Shown piece by piece: positions 14,170 through 28,988 of a stretch of DNA of 64,000 nucleotides. The translations under genes and the position numbers were made by a program. Origin of the DNA: Lobosporangium transversale (taxonomy: Eukaryota); NCBI RefSeq assembly GCF_002105155.1, contig NW_019029013.1, forward strand, positions 1-64,000, read 5' to 3'. Each line of letters starts with the position of its first letter. The first letter of the stretch is position 1. The notes below the pieces were generated by a model. That model did not search any database, was not told the DNA's origin, and worked only from the letters and a program-made list of their open reading frames with translations.

Positions 14170-15121
14170 TCCAGCCTTGGATATGGACTGACTATGCCTC
14201 TGCCACAGCGGTGCTTGTCTCGAATCAAACAAAGACGGCGTTCTTTTCTAGGATTATAATGATCAGCAGATTAGGAAGGGCAAAAAAAAAGTTTATTTTG
14301 CGCATTTGCCATGTACACAAGCTATAACCCAATTGGAAAACCTCCCAGGGCGTTTTTATCTGTACATACTGTTACTGTTACATAAAAGTAAAACACTGGA
14401 TGCATTGGAAGCGGAGCTACCTTTACCTGTTTGACTTGGTAATTTTATATACACATTGCAAACAAAAAAACCCTTGAGGTGGTTTTGGAATCAACAGAAA
14501 ATAAAAAAAAAAAAAAAAAAGGAGGATGAGAAGGAGGACGAGAAGGAGGACGAGAAGGAGGCGGGAAGGGAAGGGAAGGAAAGGGATCATACGTTTGAAC
14601 TCCATAGTCGTTTATACAACAGTTTACTTCGCCCAAGTAGGATTAGACTTTTTTTATTACTATTTATGCAGTAACAATCATGTACATGAACATGTATAAT
14701 GCATGTATAATATCAATATGTAGATGTATACGTTGTTTGATGACATGATTCAATGTTCAAACTCATGATGCCACAAAGAAAAAAAAAAAAAAAAAAAAAA
14801 AAAAATGAAAAATGCAATCGCTATTAATTTTATTTAATCTCTTTTTTATTGATTTCTTTTTAATGATTTCTACATGTCGATGTCGACACCTGATGCAATT
14901 TGAAAAAAAAGCTTTTTTTTTTTTGTAAAAGTACAAAGAGAAAAAGAAGGAGAAAGGATAGAGAAAGAGGAAAGAGAAGGAAAAGGAAAAGGGGAGAAAA
15001 GAGAATAAAAAATATATTGTACAAATGACTGTTGGGGCAGCGCAAGAGAGGGACATCTCAAAAACACTAAAAAGGATCAGTTATAATAATAATAAAAATA
15101 ATAAAGGAAAAGCTTTTTTTT

Positions 15122-16542
15122 TTAAAGCAACAACTCATCACCCTCTCCAACAACTGTCAAAACCTTGACTGCAGTCGCAGCAATGAGTTGCCACACTTCG
15201 CCTCGAAGCATAATAAGAGCCATGATCCAATACATCAGCGTCCTCATATCCGTTCGCATCATTTTATCCGCACAGGTCTTCACCACCTTCACCATCTTCT
15301 GTCGTACCCCCTGTTGAGTAGCCGCAATCCGCATGAAGACCGAGTTGGGTCGGAGGATCAGCCGATAGAACCGATTTCCACGGGGGTTCTTTGGATCACT
15401 TCCAGAATTACGGCTGATAGTGTTCCTCTCCTTGCGCGAAATCGGATACTGTGTAGGCAAATCTGACTCGATCGAGGGTGTGATCATGAAGGAGGGGATA
15501 TTGGCTGATGATTTCGAATGCCTAAGCAACGTTGCCCTCAGTGGCGTAGATTTGAGACTAGGATTAAAGTGGTGACCAGAACCATGGTGACGTTGATGGT
15601 TATGAGTTGTAGGACTAAGACTATTCAAATCCATAAGGGGGATCGAATTCGAACGTGATCCCAGACCAGGTCGAACAGACAGATTCGTATTGTTGTTATT
15701 ATTGTTGTTGTGGCTGCTATGACCAGAGGAAGGAGGCGCCATTGGCATCATCGGCGTCATCGACAAAAAGCTGAGGCCATCATGGGGTCGCAATTTGGGA
15801 CTGTGATGTGGTGTCGAGATGGCGTCAAAGTAGATAGAGTCGCAAGAGTTGACACGGCTGAGGGATGAAGTCGGTGTTCCTGGCTGGAGACTGAGCATCG
15901 GATAACCAAAGTAGTGGAATGCCTCACATGTCTCAGAGTCATATTGATAAGAGTCTAATCCACCAAAGTCTATTTCGTTAACACATGGAAATAGGGTTGA
16001 TGGGATTAGTTAATAAAAAGTCGGATAAGCTCGCATCAACGTCCATCCCTTACGACCTTAGGAATAACCCGAATCAATAGCCAGCATATGATAAAAAAAA
16101 GGGGAGAGGCAAAGTCTTTTATTTCTTTCTTACCAGTAGAGAGCTCTTCACGATCGAAATGTTCCTGGAGCTCATTAACGGAAGATGGGAAAGAGACCCG
16201 TGCGCGGGCAGTTTCCGGGAGAGCACGCTTAAGCATTTGCCAGATTCCGCCAAACACCCAGCTGTAGTTGAGCACATATACTTTTTTTTTTAAAAATAGA
16301 TAAACAAGCAGTAGGATAAAAAAAAAAAATAAAAAAAAAAAAAAGGATTAATGCTAAATTCACTACAGTGCCTTTAAAGATCGATAAAGAACAATCGGCT
16401 GATCAGGATAGACATGATCTAGCTTGGTCGTTAATTATTCCTTTATGCATGTATTCAAGGGCATGCTCCCGACTGGAGTATAATTAATCCATGCAAATAC
16501 ATTCCACAGCTCAACTTTTTTTTTTTTTTTTTTTTTTTTATT

Positions 16543-16582
<40 letters not shown>

Positions 16583-17267
16583 AAGAAAAAAAAACTGGTC
16601 ATTCATTTGTCATCAACATACCTTGGGCAATGCAACTGGGATAACGATGTTTGAGTAACTCAATTGTGAATGTGATCAGCTGGTGGTCCAGATCTGAGAC
16701 CGAAGCACCCTGGAGGTCAAGGATCAGCGTCGCCTGTAACGCATGATCCTGAGGAGGCTGACGACGACTGGACTCCCACAAGAGCTTGCGGGTGCATTCA
16801 AGAACAAAGATAATATAACGCTTGTACTCAAAAAACCGATCCTTCTCTGCACCAGCATCCGTAACCATCTCTGGGTCATAATCCAGCTGGGGAGCAGAAA
16901 CGTATTTTCCTAGACGAATAGTGATCAAAGGATGACCGTACCGATCCTGTCCTCTGAGTTGCACAAGTCCGTTTATCCATAACGGATTCTCCTCCAGATC
17001 TCGTGGGGTGATGTGGTCACATCCGACCTCTATCCTCCAGGCGATATTGGCTTCGACCAAGTTGTATGCTTCCTTGATGACATAGTTTGCCTTTTTGAGG
17101 AATCGGAAGAGGGTGATACGATCGTTCAAGTAACTTGTGGCGATATCGTATGAGGGGTGTTGTGGTGGATATTGCTGCTGAACAAGATGCTGCAGTTCGG
17201 TGACTTGTTGGATATGCTCTTGATAGAGCTCCAAGAGCTCGATGGTCGTCTTTTCTGCAGTATTCAT
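15122..17267 (-). CDS. CRAL-TRIO (Sec14-like) lipid-binding protein with disordered C-terminal half and terminal hydrophobic segment
   Basis: DRITLFRFLKKA..AWR, GQDRYGHPLI, ILDLQGAS, LLKHRYP, YVLNYSWVFGGIWQMLKRALPETARARVSF. Three exons (~17267-16622, 16281-16133, 15962-15122). Confidence 0.88.
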
Positions 17268-17860
17268 ATTATTATTTTCTAGAATGTTGTATCTTTTGTT
17301 GTATGTGCGTCAGACGTAGGAGGATTGAAAATATTGTAGAATGATGATATTTGTCCGTGTCTGTGCTACTTTCACTGTTTCGGTGTGTGTGGAGGACAAT
17401 GTGACCCTGTTTTAAAGACAAAATAGAATAAAAAATATAAAAATAAAATAAAAATAAAAATAAAAAAAATTTGCTTGGAAACTGATCGTGCTTATGATGA
17501 CCAGACCAGACCGGACCGGACCAGAACAAACAAGATGAGAGAAAGAAGAGCAATGATCAGAAATGCAAAAGAAATGCAAAAAATAAAAAAATAAATATAA
17601 ATAAAATAGAATAAAAAATAAACTAGGAACAGAGGAGCAAAAGAAGAAGAAGAAGAAGAAGAGATTTTTAGAGTTGAGCAGTTGTGTTATAGGGGTGTTG
17701 AGCTATGGAGGAGCGGAGTGAAAAGTGTGGAGAAAGAAAGAATAAGAGTTCTTTAATTGATTTAGACGGAAAGGGAAGGAAGAGAGGAAAGAGAGAGAGA
17801 GAGAGAGAGAGAGAAGGTGATAAGTGTGGATATTTGGATTTGGAGTCGATATGGCACCGT

Positions 17861-17891
<31 letters not shown>

Positions 17892-19214
17892 TGGAGTGGA
17901 GGAAAAAAAAAAAAAAAAAAAAAGAGATGGAATAAACAAAATAAAGAGAGAACCGATTGATGCGATGCGATGCGATGCAGAGTAGGGGGAAAGGGAGGGA
18001 GGGGATACAAAAAAAAGGGAGATTATAAACAACAACAAACAAGACCAACGAGAAGTAAGGAAAAGGGGATACGAAGCGAAAGGGTAAAGAAAAGGAACAA
18101 AGAGAGAGAAGAAGAAAAAAAAAAAGGTCTTGTCCTTTCAAGCAGGAACATTTAACATGTACATTTCTTAAATATGATGGATAGGACGTCATTCTTTGTG
18201 TATCCATTGTGTCCTTGTGGTTGTTTTTACGGTTTGGCATGTGAAAGCGGGGTAAGATGTCCTTTCTCTCTAAATGACTGTTCTGTCACTGTGAAAAATA
18301 AAAAAGATCCCTTGCCATGCCATCTGAGAGACCAGGGAAATGTACACGTACATATTGCTCTTGTTTAATGTTCAGTAAGTACATTTTTCTTTGTACAACT
18401 CTCCACTCTCCACGGGGAACTCTTCATCTTTTTCATGTTTCCACGTTTTTTTACACTTTGTGTTTGCATGCCTGCTTAGGATAGCAACCATCCCCATGTG
18501 CAAAAAAAAAAAGAAAAAGAAAAAAAAAAACACAACCGAATCCGGCGAATAGATATCCCACTTCTCAGCAGTAATCTGTACATGTATACAATCTGTTCAA
18601 TCTGTACGCCCATTTCTCTTGTGTTCAAGCATTTATAATCACTCTGAACAACTTAATCGGCTCATAGCAATGCCAACTTTTTTTTTTTTTTCTTTAATCC
18701 TGCAATGGTGAACTATTTCTGCCAAACTGAAATAGTTCAGTCTTGTCTTTCTGAGCTTCGTCCCCTACTACTGAGTTTTCTACCCCACTGTTGATAAAAG
18801 ACATTGTTTCAAGCACCTGCCTTCTCAAGCTCATAAATCTGTACTAGAACTCAACCATCTTTCTCCATATCTCATGGACTACGAATAAAAGCTTCGGCTC
18901 CTGAACTATAAAACTACGCAGGGTCACCATGCAAGGTGGCTGTTAATTTCAAATCTCTTTTCTCTATGGGACCCACTTGAGTAGGAGAGGGTTGATCAAT
19001 TAAAAAGTTGAACAGGGAGCATCTACACTAAAATAAATATCTAATTGCAAGTCATCTTGGAGATAGAGACCAGAGTCAATGACGCGTAAACTATGTTGAG
19101 AACTAGTCTATGAACATACTGACTTTCAAAATGCTCGATCAAGAGCTCAAGACAGTTGCACCATGCCAGAGTTAAAGGTCCTTTTAGCACAGTCAGAAAC
19201 AAAATGAGGCACCC

Positions 19215-19247
<33 letters not shown>

Positions 19248-20194
19248 CCGACATTATAACGACACCCGCCTCAAAATGACCCTGCCCCAATTAGCTAATT
19301 ATACATCAAATTATACAAATTATAAAACTTTTGAATGCTATACTCTGATGTCTTGGATCTTATTAAAAATCTGATTCAACTGTGATTCACGTTTAAGACG
19401 CGAGTCTCTCATCCATGTCTAAGACGCGCCTCCCCTCTCCCGTTTTTGTGGCTGTTGGGCTGGGGCCCATGTCTATTTTAGAAGTTTGAAACCTCATACG
19501 ACTCATGTGACACTAGATTACCTTAATAAATCATACGTTACACAACACTTTCAAAAAAAAAAAAAAAAAAAAAAAGTTCCTAGACGTATAGGATCTTGAA
19601 TATTATTCGCGCGTTGTCTGCCCACTTGAGTGCCATCGAACTCCTTCATACCCATACATCTAACTTCCTTATCAACCTACAAGCAGTATCTTTGAACATC
19701 AAGCCATTCATTCTCTTTCCGAGTACCTTTGCTCAGTTTCGTGAGAATATCAATGAGGAATTGTAGAAGGTTGGTAAACATGAAAAACATATATTTCCCT
19801 CCGTCCTGTTGATGGAGCTATATATATATATACATATATGTTTGTATGTATTATATATATATATTTAGAAGGCTTATTAGTGATCCTTTTTTGATTCTTA
19901 TTTCCTTAATGAATCACATGAGGTGAAGAGTCATGATGTCCTGAGCCTTACCATTTTTATTGATAAGCTCAATGCATTTCTTGACAAGGCCCCACCAAAA
20001 AGGGACTGGCATAGCAACGACAATGAGCAACTCTTGATCTCCACTCCCATAAAAGACTTTCTAGATGTCTCTACATCCCTCACAGGCTTGGTCCCAGCTA
20101 GGCTCCTATGACTCAAGGATGGTTGAAGCAACAACCATTGTCTACACTATCCCGTAATCTTGCCTCTCTTGCCGCTAATCAGGCTTGGTGGATT

Positions 20195-20230
<36 letters not shown>

Positions 20231-20366
20231 AGATGCTGGTGGATTTAAAAGTGCAATAATGTTTTAATCTAATCGTATAAGCTTACTTTGTAATATGAAT
20301 CTACAGTTCAAGAAGACAAAGAGAGGAAGTCTTTTTTTCAGGACAGATGACATCTCGTGTACTCTA

Positions 20367-20875
20367 TCCCTTAAACCGTCAACCTGGCAAATTTGCCAGG
20401 AAGTGATTTTTTTTTTCATGTTTTTTGCGTTTTTCTCATTAAAGTGTTAAGTTACACCCCCCCCCCATCTCTATGCCCAGAAGGAAGTACGCAAGCTGTT
20501 GCACCCTTGGTTGCTACATTGATCAACCCCATTCATAGCTGAATTCCGTTTAAATTGGCCATCAATTACTAATCATTACGCTCATGAGCTTATTCACTTC
20601 ATTCGAGATAGTGGACTTTTCACTCAAGGGAGAAGAAGGGGAGTTTACATCTGTACTTTGCTTTCCACAACATACAGAAGTGGACTTCGAAGCGGACGAA
20701 GAGGTTGATAGTGATCGTGAACCGACACCTGTAGAGGGGAGAAAGGGGGGACGAAAAAAGAAACCCACAAAAGAATTGCCCTCACCCAAACTAAAGTTTA
20801 CACTAATTTTTTAAATGGCTTTAGCACGCAATTTATCATGGCAAATTTGCCAGGAGAGTCTGACGGTTTAAGAGA
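20367..20875. mobile_element. Non-autonomous TIR element (MITE) flanked by TA dinucleotides
   Basis: Left end TCCCTTAAACCGTCAACCTGGCAAATTTGCCA. Right end, reverse-complemented, TCTCTTAAACCGTCAGACTCTCCTGGCAAATTTGCCA. TA at 20365-66 and 20876-77. Confidence 0.7.
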
Positions 20876-22039
20876 TACTATCGTCCGTACTACGTGAGTA
20901 AGTACTCAAAGTGATCGTATGCTTTGTCAGCTATGTCTGTGTGTATGATTCAGAAAGAAAATATGAAGAGACGAGGCCAGTCTGGGTGGTGCAAAAAAAA
21001 AAAGAGAACATAAAAGTAAAATGACTCCTGAATTGGTCTGTGCAGATTTCCTTTCGTGCTCCGTTCTTATTAATTTCCATCTTGGGATGGAATCCTCACT
21101 GAGATCAATGAACGACAAGACTTGGCAATTTTATCTGGCCATTCATTCGAGTTGTCTTGACGCTTATCAAGATTGAGTTGCAGCAATTTCCAGGGACTTC
21201 CAGGGTGGATTGGCCCTCTACAGAGCGTACGGCAGCATCAAGCCAACCTTTAAGATTTCGAGTGAATGTCGGACATCTCATCTCATGGCATTGCACTATA
21301 TTGTCGTCATGCATATCCTCTCATCCTTTTCATTTTATTTCACTGTCGTGTCTTGAGTATCCCCTCGTCTCATGAGCTTGACTTGTACACAACCTATAAC
21401 CAAATGCTGTGCCTTCTAAATCTATGCTCTGTGCCTGCTAGTTCCTCTGCTGTTGACCATTAGAGAGTCCCATGAAACCGGGGCCGTCTTAATTATAGAA
21501 GTGTAAATGCAGAAATGTAAATGCAGAAGTGTATACAGTATTAGTGTTGCATCTGAATACTATATATACTTTGTTTACACATTTCTATTCTCATTAAACA
21601 CACCTTGCTTTGCCTTAATTCTTTTTTTAAAATAAAAGCACACAGCTGTCTTTGGTCGCCCATGCATTCATGTACCATGACGAGCCGATAATGTATGCGA
21701 TCTAGAAAACTTCCTCATTTGTCCATGCTTTAAATACACGTGCTATTTTAGTCTTCTGGAGCTGAAATGAATAGCATGTGCTGTTTGGCCTAAATGAATT
21801 CAAGATCAGACAGAGTGACCATTGGTCTCCTGTGGTGATGACGACGTTGATGTCAATGGTTATATCCTACCTGTGGATAGAATAATCTTTTTTCATTCAA
21901 CCTCCGCAATTAACATGGTGAATAAAGGCTGACAGTTTTGTCTTTTTTTTTTTTTTTTTTTTTTTTCTTTCTTTCTCTCTTCAATCCTCTTCTCTTCCCC
22001 ACCACTCACACTTCTCCACTCTCCAAACACATTATCATC

Positions 22040-22625
22040 ATGTCCGCTGCTGCTGCTGCTCAAGCTGCTAAGAAGGCACCCTCTGTCTTCAAGACCTGGT
22101 TCGTTGTCGAGGCCATCCCCATCTACGCTGTCCTTGGTGCTGCTCTTGGTGGTGCCGGTAAGTCTCTTTTACCACTTACTCTTCCCTCTTTCTGCTCTAT
22201 TTCCACTTTCCACTTTGCTTGATTGTCTTGGTCGATCTGTTCAAACATTTCCCCTGCCTATCTTTTTTTTTTTTTTTTTGTCTCCTCGCTGTCTGTGCAA
22301 AAGTTGCACGACATCATTGTTGTGTTCCTGAATTATTTTTTGTTTTTCCCTCTCCTCCCTCCCAACGGCATTCTACGGAACGAGAATTTTTTCCGATCTA
22401 TTTTCGGCTTGACTAAATAAGAAAGACACACTAACGTCTGATTTTATTTTATTTATGATTTTAGGCTGGTACGTCACTCGCCTTGCTCGTGGTCCCGATG
22501 TCACCTGGGACCGCAAGAACAACCCCCACCCCTGGTTGCACATTGACCAACAGACTCAACTCAAGTTGATGACTGTCAAGGAGGGTCAGGGCTTCACTAA
22601 GTCCTACTCCCGTGATCGTCTGTAA
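22040..22625 (+). CDS. NDUFA4/MLRQ-like (COXFA4) small respiratory-chain subunit
   Basis: Two exons: MSAAAAAQAAKKAPSVFKTWFVVEAIPIYAVLGAALGGAG / WYVTRLARGPDVTWDRKNNPHPW...SRDRL*. The PDVxWDRKNNPxPW signature is present. Confidence 0.9.
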
Positions 22626-23338
22626 AAAAAAATAACAGCAATCATAAATTGACAGGAAACAGTCGCAACAAACAGGAAGGATAGAAGAATGGAGGAAAGG
22701 AAAAGAGATGAGGAAGAAAAGAAAAAAAAAACAATCACTACGACCTTGATCAAGCGTTTTTGATTATGAAGTTCTTTTTAATTCCTCAGCAATTATCATT
22801 CCATCATCAGTTTTACTTTCTTTACAATGCGATGCCGACTCTTCACAACTTCAAAAAAAAAAAAAAGAATAGAAAAAAAAAATAACCATCATCATCTCAT
22901 AAAATAGAAAGAAACCTGTATTTTTAACCGGTAATAAACATGCTTACCCTGCAGGAAGCAAAAAAAAAAACAACAACATTCTTTTGTCTTTGTTATTGCT
23001 CGACTAATTAGGCCTGTTATTACCAGAGTTGCAATTGTCACAACAACCAAACTGATGCATTCATTGCAGAATCAGTTTTTTCTCTCTTTAATGATCAATG
23101 TGATGACAATCTTTGTTCATTCCAAAGGTTGGGGTTTTGGTGAATACACTTGCTAATGTCGTTAATATTATTACTATTAATAAAAAATAATAATAAAAAC
23201 TCCTCGACTGAATAACTTCAGACAACAATCCTATCGGATATTGATTTGTGTTTACAAGCACAGGAATCGGTTTTTTTATTCTTTGCTCCTTTGAGAACAG
23301 GCCATGGCCCTCCCATGGGCAGTAAAGTTTCGCAATCA

Positions 23339-23370
<32 letters not shown>

Positions 23371-24616
23371 TCTTTTATTTCCTGTTTTGTTGGGTTGATT
23401 GTATATCATGGTTCCTGCAATAGGACAATAGGACAATAGGACAATAGGACAATGATATTAATCACCGCCAACCCAACGCTTGACCAACGCCGAATTTTTT
23501 TTGCATTTGAATCCCCGAAATGTTTCAATCCAGTCAACTCCTGTTTTTCAATAGTTCTTTCAGTTTGAAGCTTTTCTTTTATCGGAAAGGAATAAAGATA
23601 GAAAAAACTTGACTGTCATCAAAGCCAGTTTCAATCCTGATGTTGGGCGAGGCATTGATCGACCAGATTGGCCTGTTAAGGAGATATTGTATATCAATGT
23701 TCAGTCCCTATCTTGACTAAACATAGCCATAGCTTTTAGGCTTTCCCATAATGTCAGTATATGTTATTTGTAATCATACAAACAGTCGTATATTATAAAT
23801 CTAAACAGACGTATTCGAATACGCAGTACATGTACAGTAACTACATATCTAGATGACGAAGGATGGTTCCTCCAGGGAGAACCCTATAATTTTATTAGAG
23901 AAAGTAATCTTATTTGGTGTAGGAGATGTTGGATATGGCCTGAACCGATTAATTGGTTGTGATGAATAGAATATACCGCTCGATAAGATGAGAGAGTAAG
24001 GGTGCATGATTTCTTTTGAAGAGTCAACTTGAATGAGGATAGTGAAGACGACAGTTAACAAATACATACATTTTCTCTCTTTTGAAGTTTTTTTTTTCTT
24101 TTCAATTGAAAGGTATATACTTGTGAAGCACAAAGACAGAGGAGAGAGAGAGTCCTTGGTCTAAGAACCGAGAAGTAAAAAAAAAATAAAATAAAAAATA
24201 AAAACGTGACTGACAAGAATAAGCCCTTGTACATGCAGATAAAACGAGGATAGAGTCGCGTAAGTTTTGATTCATATTTGAGATAGAAATACATACATTC
24301 AATATTTCCCTTCTTTGTTGTTGTTGTTGCTCTTTTTGTTTTTTTTTAAAGGAAGCAAAAGGTGTAGAATACACAGGAAATGAATGCAAGGATTATGTTG
24401 CGTCCATATCCCGTGTCTGTGCTGTTGTCAGGGATATGTCTGTCAAACATTCTAATCATGTACTTGTACATTACATTTTTACATTTACATTTTACAGATT
24501 GTCTGCACGCGACAGAGCGCACTCACGTCATTCTCTCCCTTAAAAAACTTCATTCTCTTTTTTTTTTTTTTTCTTTTCTTCTCTTTCACATACCTCCCTC
24601 ATAACATATTTACACA

Positions 24617-25915
24617 ATGGCGAAAAGTAAGTGCTTTTCAAAACAAGAAATCACCAAATGCTCAGGGCAATAAAGCATACTCTGGACTACTCTGGACAAC
24701 ACTCGAAACAAGATATAAAAAAAAAAGTTGGGGGTGATGTGTTTACATATCCAAGCGCGTTCATTGGCGGACCAATTACTTGATTACCATCCATCCACCC
24801 ATCCATCCACGACAAGTTTACAAGAATGATCACAACAAAAACAAACCCCTTTCAATCTCTTCGCTTCATCTCAGAATGAGTCCTTTGTGCAATCAGCTTT
24901 TTATTCTCTTCACACAACAAGGACAAAAAAAAAAAAAAAAAAAAAAAAGAAAAAGAAAAAGAATGAAAGACACCAAAAAGCATGGTTATTAGACAAAGTC
25001 CACATAATGCACACCACCATGAATCCTACTCAAGCTTAATTTTATATGTTCGATATCATAACTGACTTTAATTGATTACATCTCTTTCTCTCTATTCAAT
25101 TCTATTTTTTTTTTTTTTTTTTTTTTTGGTTTTTTTCTTTACTACTCTTGACAATGTATATTGCAATAGTTCCCCGCAACTTCAAGCTGATGGACGAGCT
25201 CGAAAAGGGCGAAAAGGGCATTGGCGATGGCACTTGCAGCTATGGACTCTCAGATGGCGATGATATGACTATGTCAGACTGGAACGGAACTATTCTTGGA
25301 CCTGGACATGTACGTTTTATTTTATCTTTTCGTAGTATGCCTCTGTGTGTGCCCTATGAGAAGTAGCACCCTTTATTACTATTTTTTTTCTTTCTTTCTT
25401 TTATTTTATATAAATGAACAATCGGATGTACCAAAAATATGATATGATTAAAGAGGAGGCGTATCTTTATCCTTTTTTTTTTTTTTTTTTTTTCTTTTTT
25501 TATCATGGAAGAACCAAGGAGAGGGAATTACAATTATGCGAGAAGACGGACTCTGTGGATAATCAAGGAATGATGTGCTGGATATCTCTTTTTTTATCTG
25601 ATCTTTTATGTGTTCCCGATTCTTTCCTTGTATTTCAAACTTAGACCGTCCATGAGAACAGGATTTACAGTCTCAAGCTTCATTGTGGCGACCAATATCC
25701 TGATGTGCCTCCCACAGTATCATTCGTGTCTCGCATTAATCTTCCTTGTGTCAATCAGTCGACAGGACGTGTAAGTGAAGGGGAACTCGGAACTCGGTTT
25801 ACATGCAACTATTATAGGACCGAGGATTGGATGCTACGGATCTATCAGTTCAAAAAACGTTATATCCCACCCTCTTGCAGTCATTAATCAATGGGTTCTT
25901 TTGCTCCAACTATTT

Positions 25916-25949
<34 letters not shown>

Positions 25950-26212
25950 TCCTTATTTAGGTGGATCCCTCAAAACTCACTTGCTTAAGCAACTGGAGGA
26001 GAACTTTTGGCTTGGAAACCATCTTGACTGATCTGCGTCGGTAGGTTATCCATTCTTTTTTTTTAATTATATTTTTTATACACACTCAAGCGCCCATGTT
26101 TATAATAATTTGGACACAGTATTCATCAATCTAAATTTTTTTTTTTTACAGTGAGATGGCCTCACCCAACAATAGGAAGCTCCCTCAACCTGCAGAAGGA
26201 ACCACATTCTAA
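24617..26212 (+). CDS. MMS2: Ubiquitin-conjugating enzyme variant Mms2/UEV1
   Basis: Five exons: [78 protein letters not shown]../[19 protein letters not shown]. Confidence 0.95.
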
Positions 26213-26343
26213 GAGTAGAACATGTATTGGATTGACAGCAAATACAAAAGAAAAAACGAATAAAGACTATGTAAAGGAGCGTTTTTTTTTTTTTTTTTTT
26301 TTTTTTTCGTCTCTAAATATATTCTCTATTGAACACGTCTAAG

Positions 26344-26375
<32 letters not shown>

Positions 26376-26548
26376 TATAGGCGAATAACAGACCTAAAAA
26401 GCTCTAGTACTTTAATATATTTGAAATGGTGACAAAATGATGGACTTTGACCTGAAGGTCTTGAGATCTTGAAGACTCCCCCTCTCAACTTTCTTCACGA
26501 GCTTGGCTCTGAAGTGATATTTCGTTTCAACATGGAAAAAGAAAAAAA

Positions 26549-28332
26549 TTAAGGCCGAGTAATAGATCCAAGATATGATCTGTCATTGCTGGTGAGCATA
26601 TCAAAGTCATTGACAGCCATGTAGATAATGATCACCACGGCCGCGACAACGCCTCCAATGACATAGGTTTGTAGGATATAATGGCGCCCCAACGAGAACA
26701 ATCCACGTGTAGGCCTCGTCAGGATATACCCACAGACCACCAGGAGCAAAAGAATAACATAAACAATACCCACATAAAGACCTTTTGGATATTGACATGC
26801 AACACCTTTTTTTTAAAAAATATATATATATGTTAGATCATTGTTTGCGAGAAATCAAAAGAAAACAAGACTTTTTTATTTTTTTCCTTTTCCTTACCCG
26901 CAACAATGCCTCCGTAAAGCACACCTGCCAAGATCCAGAGGAACACAAGTCGTTTACTACTCTTGACTGACACATTAGGACCCTGGTTTCTCTTCGTCAA
27001 ATGTCCAACACGTGCCAAATTGACGCCTCTGGGCAAAACCTGTTCGGAATAAGCAATCATCTCACACCACGACATCCCCAAAGCTCCTATAGCATACATG
27101 TAATGAGACGCTTTATGTTCCCATACATCCTGCATCAACAGGTAACCGTCTTTGAGCTTCTGTGCCAATTCCATCGATAGTTGGCCATCTCCTTGAGTCA
27201 ACGGATGGGTCGACAAACCAATCCCTCGAGAATGTTCCTGTAAAAAGAAGGCAACGACGTTTTTGAAAAGCGCTGCTGCTGTATGGATCGCCCCTCCAGT
27301 CGCGTAGAGGATCAAAAAGAACGTGAAAATTAATGAAAGAGTTGTTTTGAACTTTGAAGAATTTTTAAATGATCTCTTGTTGTTGCTGTTGCTGTTGGCT
27401 GCGATTCCAGGCTCAAGTTGCGATTGTGCAAATGAACCAATGTTACTGTTACTGTTGCCATTGCCATTACCATTGTTGTTGGCATTAGCCCTTGCATGGT
27501 GATTCTCAGCCGCAACCGCAGCTGAATTAGCAGAGAATCGTCTTCGGGTCGTCATCGGAATGTCATGCTGTTTATTCGAAACACAATGTTGCTGCTGCCA
27601 GGACAGAGACATAGATTGATGATAGCCCCTTGTTGTCCTCATAAGATCAGAATTATAAAAGAACCAGGTATGGAATAACCCACTGACAAAGGGTTCAATC
27701 AACCGACAGGCATCCTTCCATGAATAGAATTGACCCCACTGGGTAGCTTTCCCTGATTTTACGACTACTGGTAAGACTGTAAATATGATTGTTGAGAGTG
27801 TCGTTAATAATTGGAGTGTAAGGGCCTTTCCTGGAGGTGTTAGGTATAATGATGACGATGATGATAATGAGGGGTCATTGAAATCGTCCACACAGGGGTA
27901 GCGATTATTTAGGTGGGACGAAGAATTAGAAATATCGCGTGGTGCCTCCTCATCAACAAGGACCGGTAACGTCGTTGGATCACCATCTTCTTCAGGCCTA
28001 TACTGATTACGTCCTTGTGGGGGAGTTATATCAAGATTATCAATAATAACATTATTGCCATTGCCACTACCGTTGTTGTTACTGTTGTTCAGGTATTGCC
28101 GTTGATGGGTATAAGTGGGTTCATTTGGGTATTGTTCTATGGATGAATACTGGCCACTATGGTGATTGCTGGTATCATGGACTGGGGTATAGTGCGACAT
28201 AGAAGACAATCCTTCAATAGATGATGACTTTGTATGTTGAAGGAGTGCGTTTTCGCCGTTAAAAGGGCCAGAAGAGAGAGTAGGAACAGGCTGGTAGTTT
28301 GGGTTGGAATGCTTTGAAAGGTGCTTGTCCAT
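26549..28332 (-). CDS. Multi-pass membrane protein of unknown function
   Basis: Long exon 28332-26898, intron 26897-26806 and terminal exon 26805-26549 splice in frame (GIVAG-VACQYPKGLYVGIVYV). Several hydrophobic segments and His-containing motifs. Confidence 0.8.
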
Positions 28333-28988
28333 GAAAGGGAAAATAAAATAAATAAAAAAAGTATGTAGATGTGCAATGACTATTAAACCACTGCAATGGA
28401 AATGACTAAAGTAGTCAAGTCAGTAAATAAAAAGAGGAAGAGGAAAGCGATGCAAGGAGAGGGGGAAAGGAAGAGCAGAGAGAGGTCTGGGCCTCCAGAT
28501 AGGTAAGGGTTTCTACGAAATGGAAAGAGAGAGAGAATGAGGAAAAAAAAAAAAAAAAAAAAAAAGATGGAGCCAAAATAGTCAAAATAGTGCGTAAAAG
28601 GAGAGCATGCATATTTACACAGCCATGGTGCCACAAGAAAACCACTTGCCCTCCCCAAAAGTCCAACAAACATTGTTTCTAGAATATCCATAGATGCTTT
28701 TTTTAGTATCGTGTCAGAAAAAGACAAAATCCATTGGAGTACACCAACAATGGCAATGAAATGTCTTTTTTTTTTGTAGCAACATATCACTCTGTATGAT
28801 GGGACAGTGCAATAAAAGTAAGAGAGCTATTTAGCTCAGCCGAGAGTGAACTTGATGTTCCCATTCACCAATGGTTTTTATTTTTTTTTGATAGCGGTTT
28901 TATTAAGAAACAATCTACTGAGCGGTAAAGAGGCTTCTAGGCGTGTTGCCACCATCTACCGGTGGGTTTTCTTTAAACACTTTAGATG

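Noticed and set aside
13420..15067. Phe/Lys-rich ORFs here and at 17272-18368 and 23088-24604
   Set aside because: Products of poly(T)/poly(A) tracts and microsatellites in intergenic DNA.
19560..20150. Possible decayed spliced gene fragment
   Set aside because: Some splice-like signals and a 62-aa ORF, but no recognisable motif or coherent gene model.
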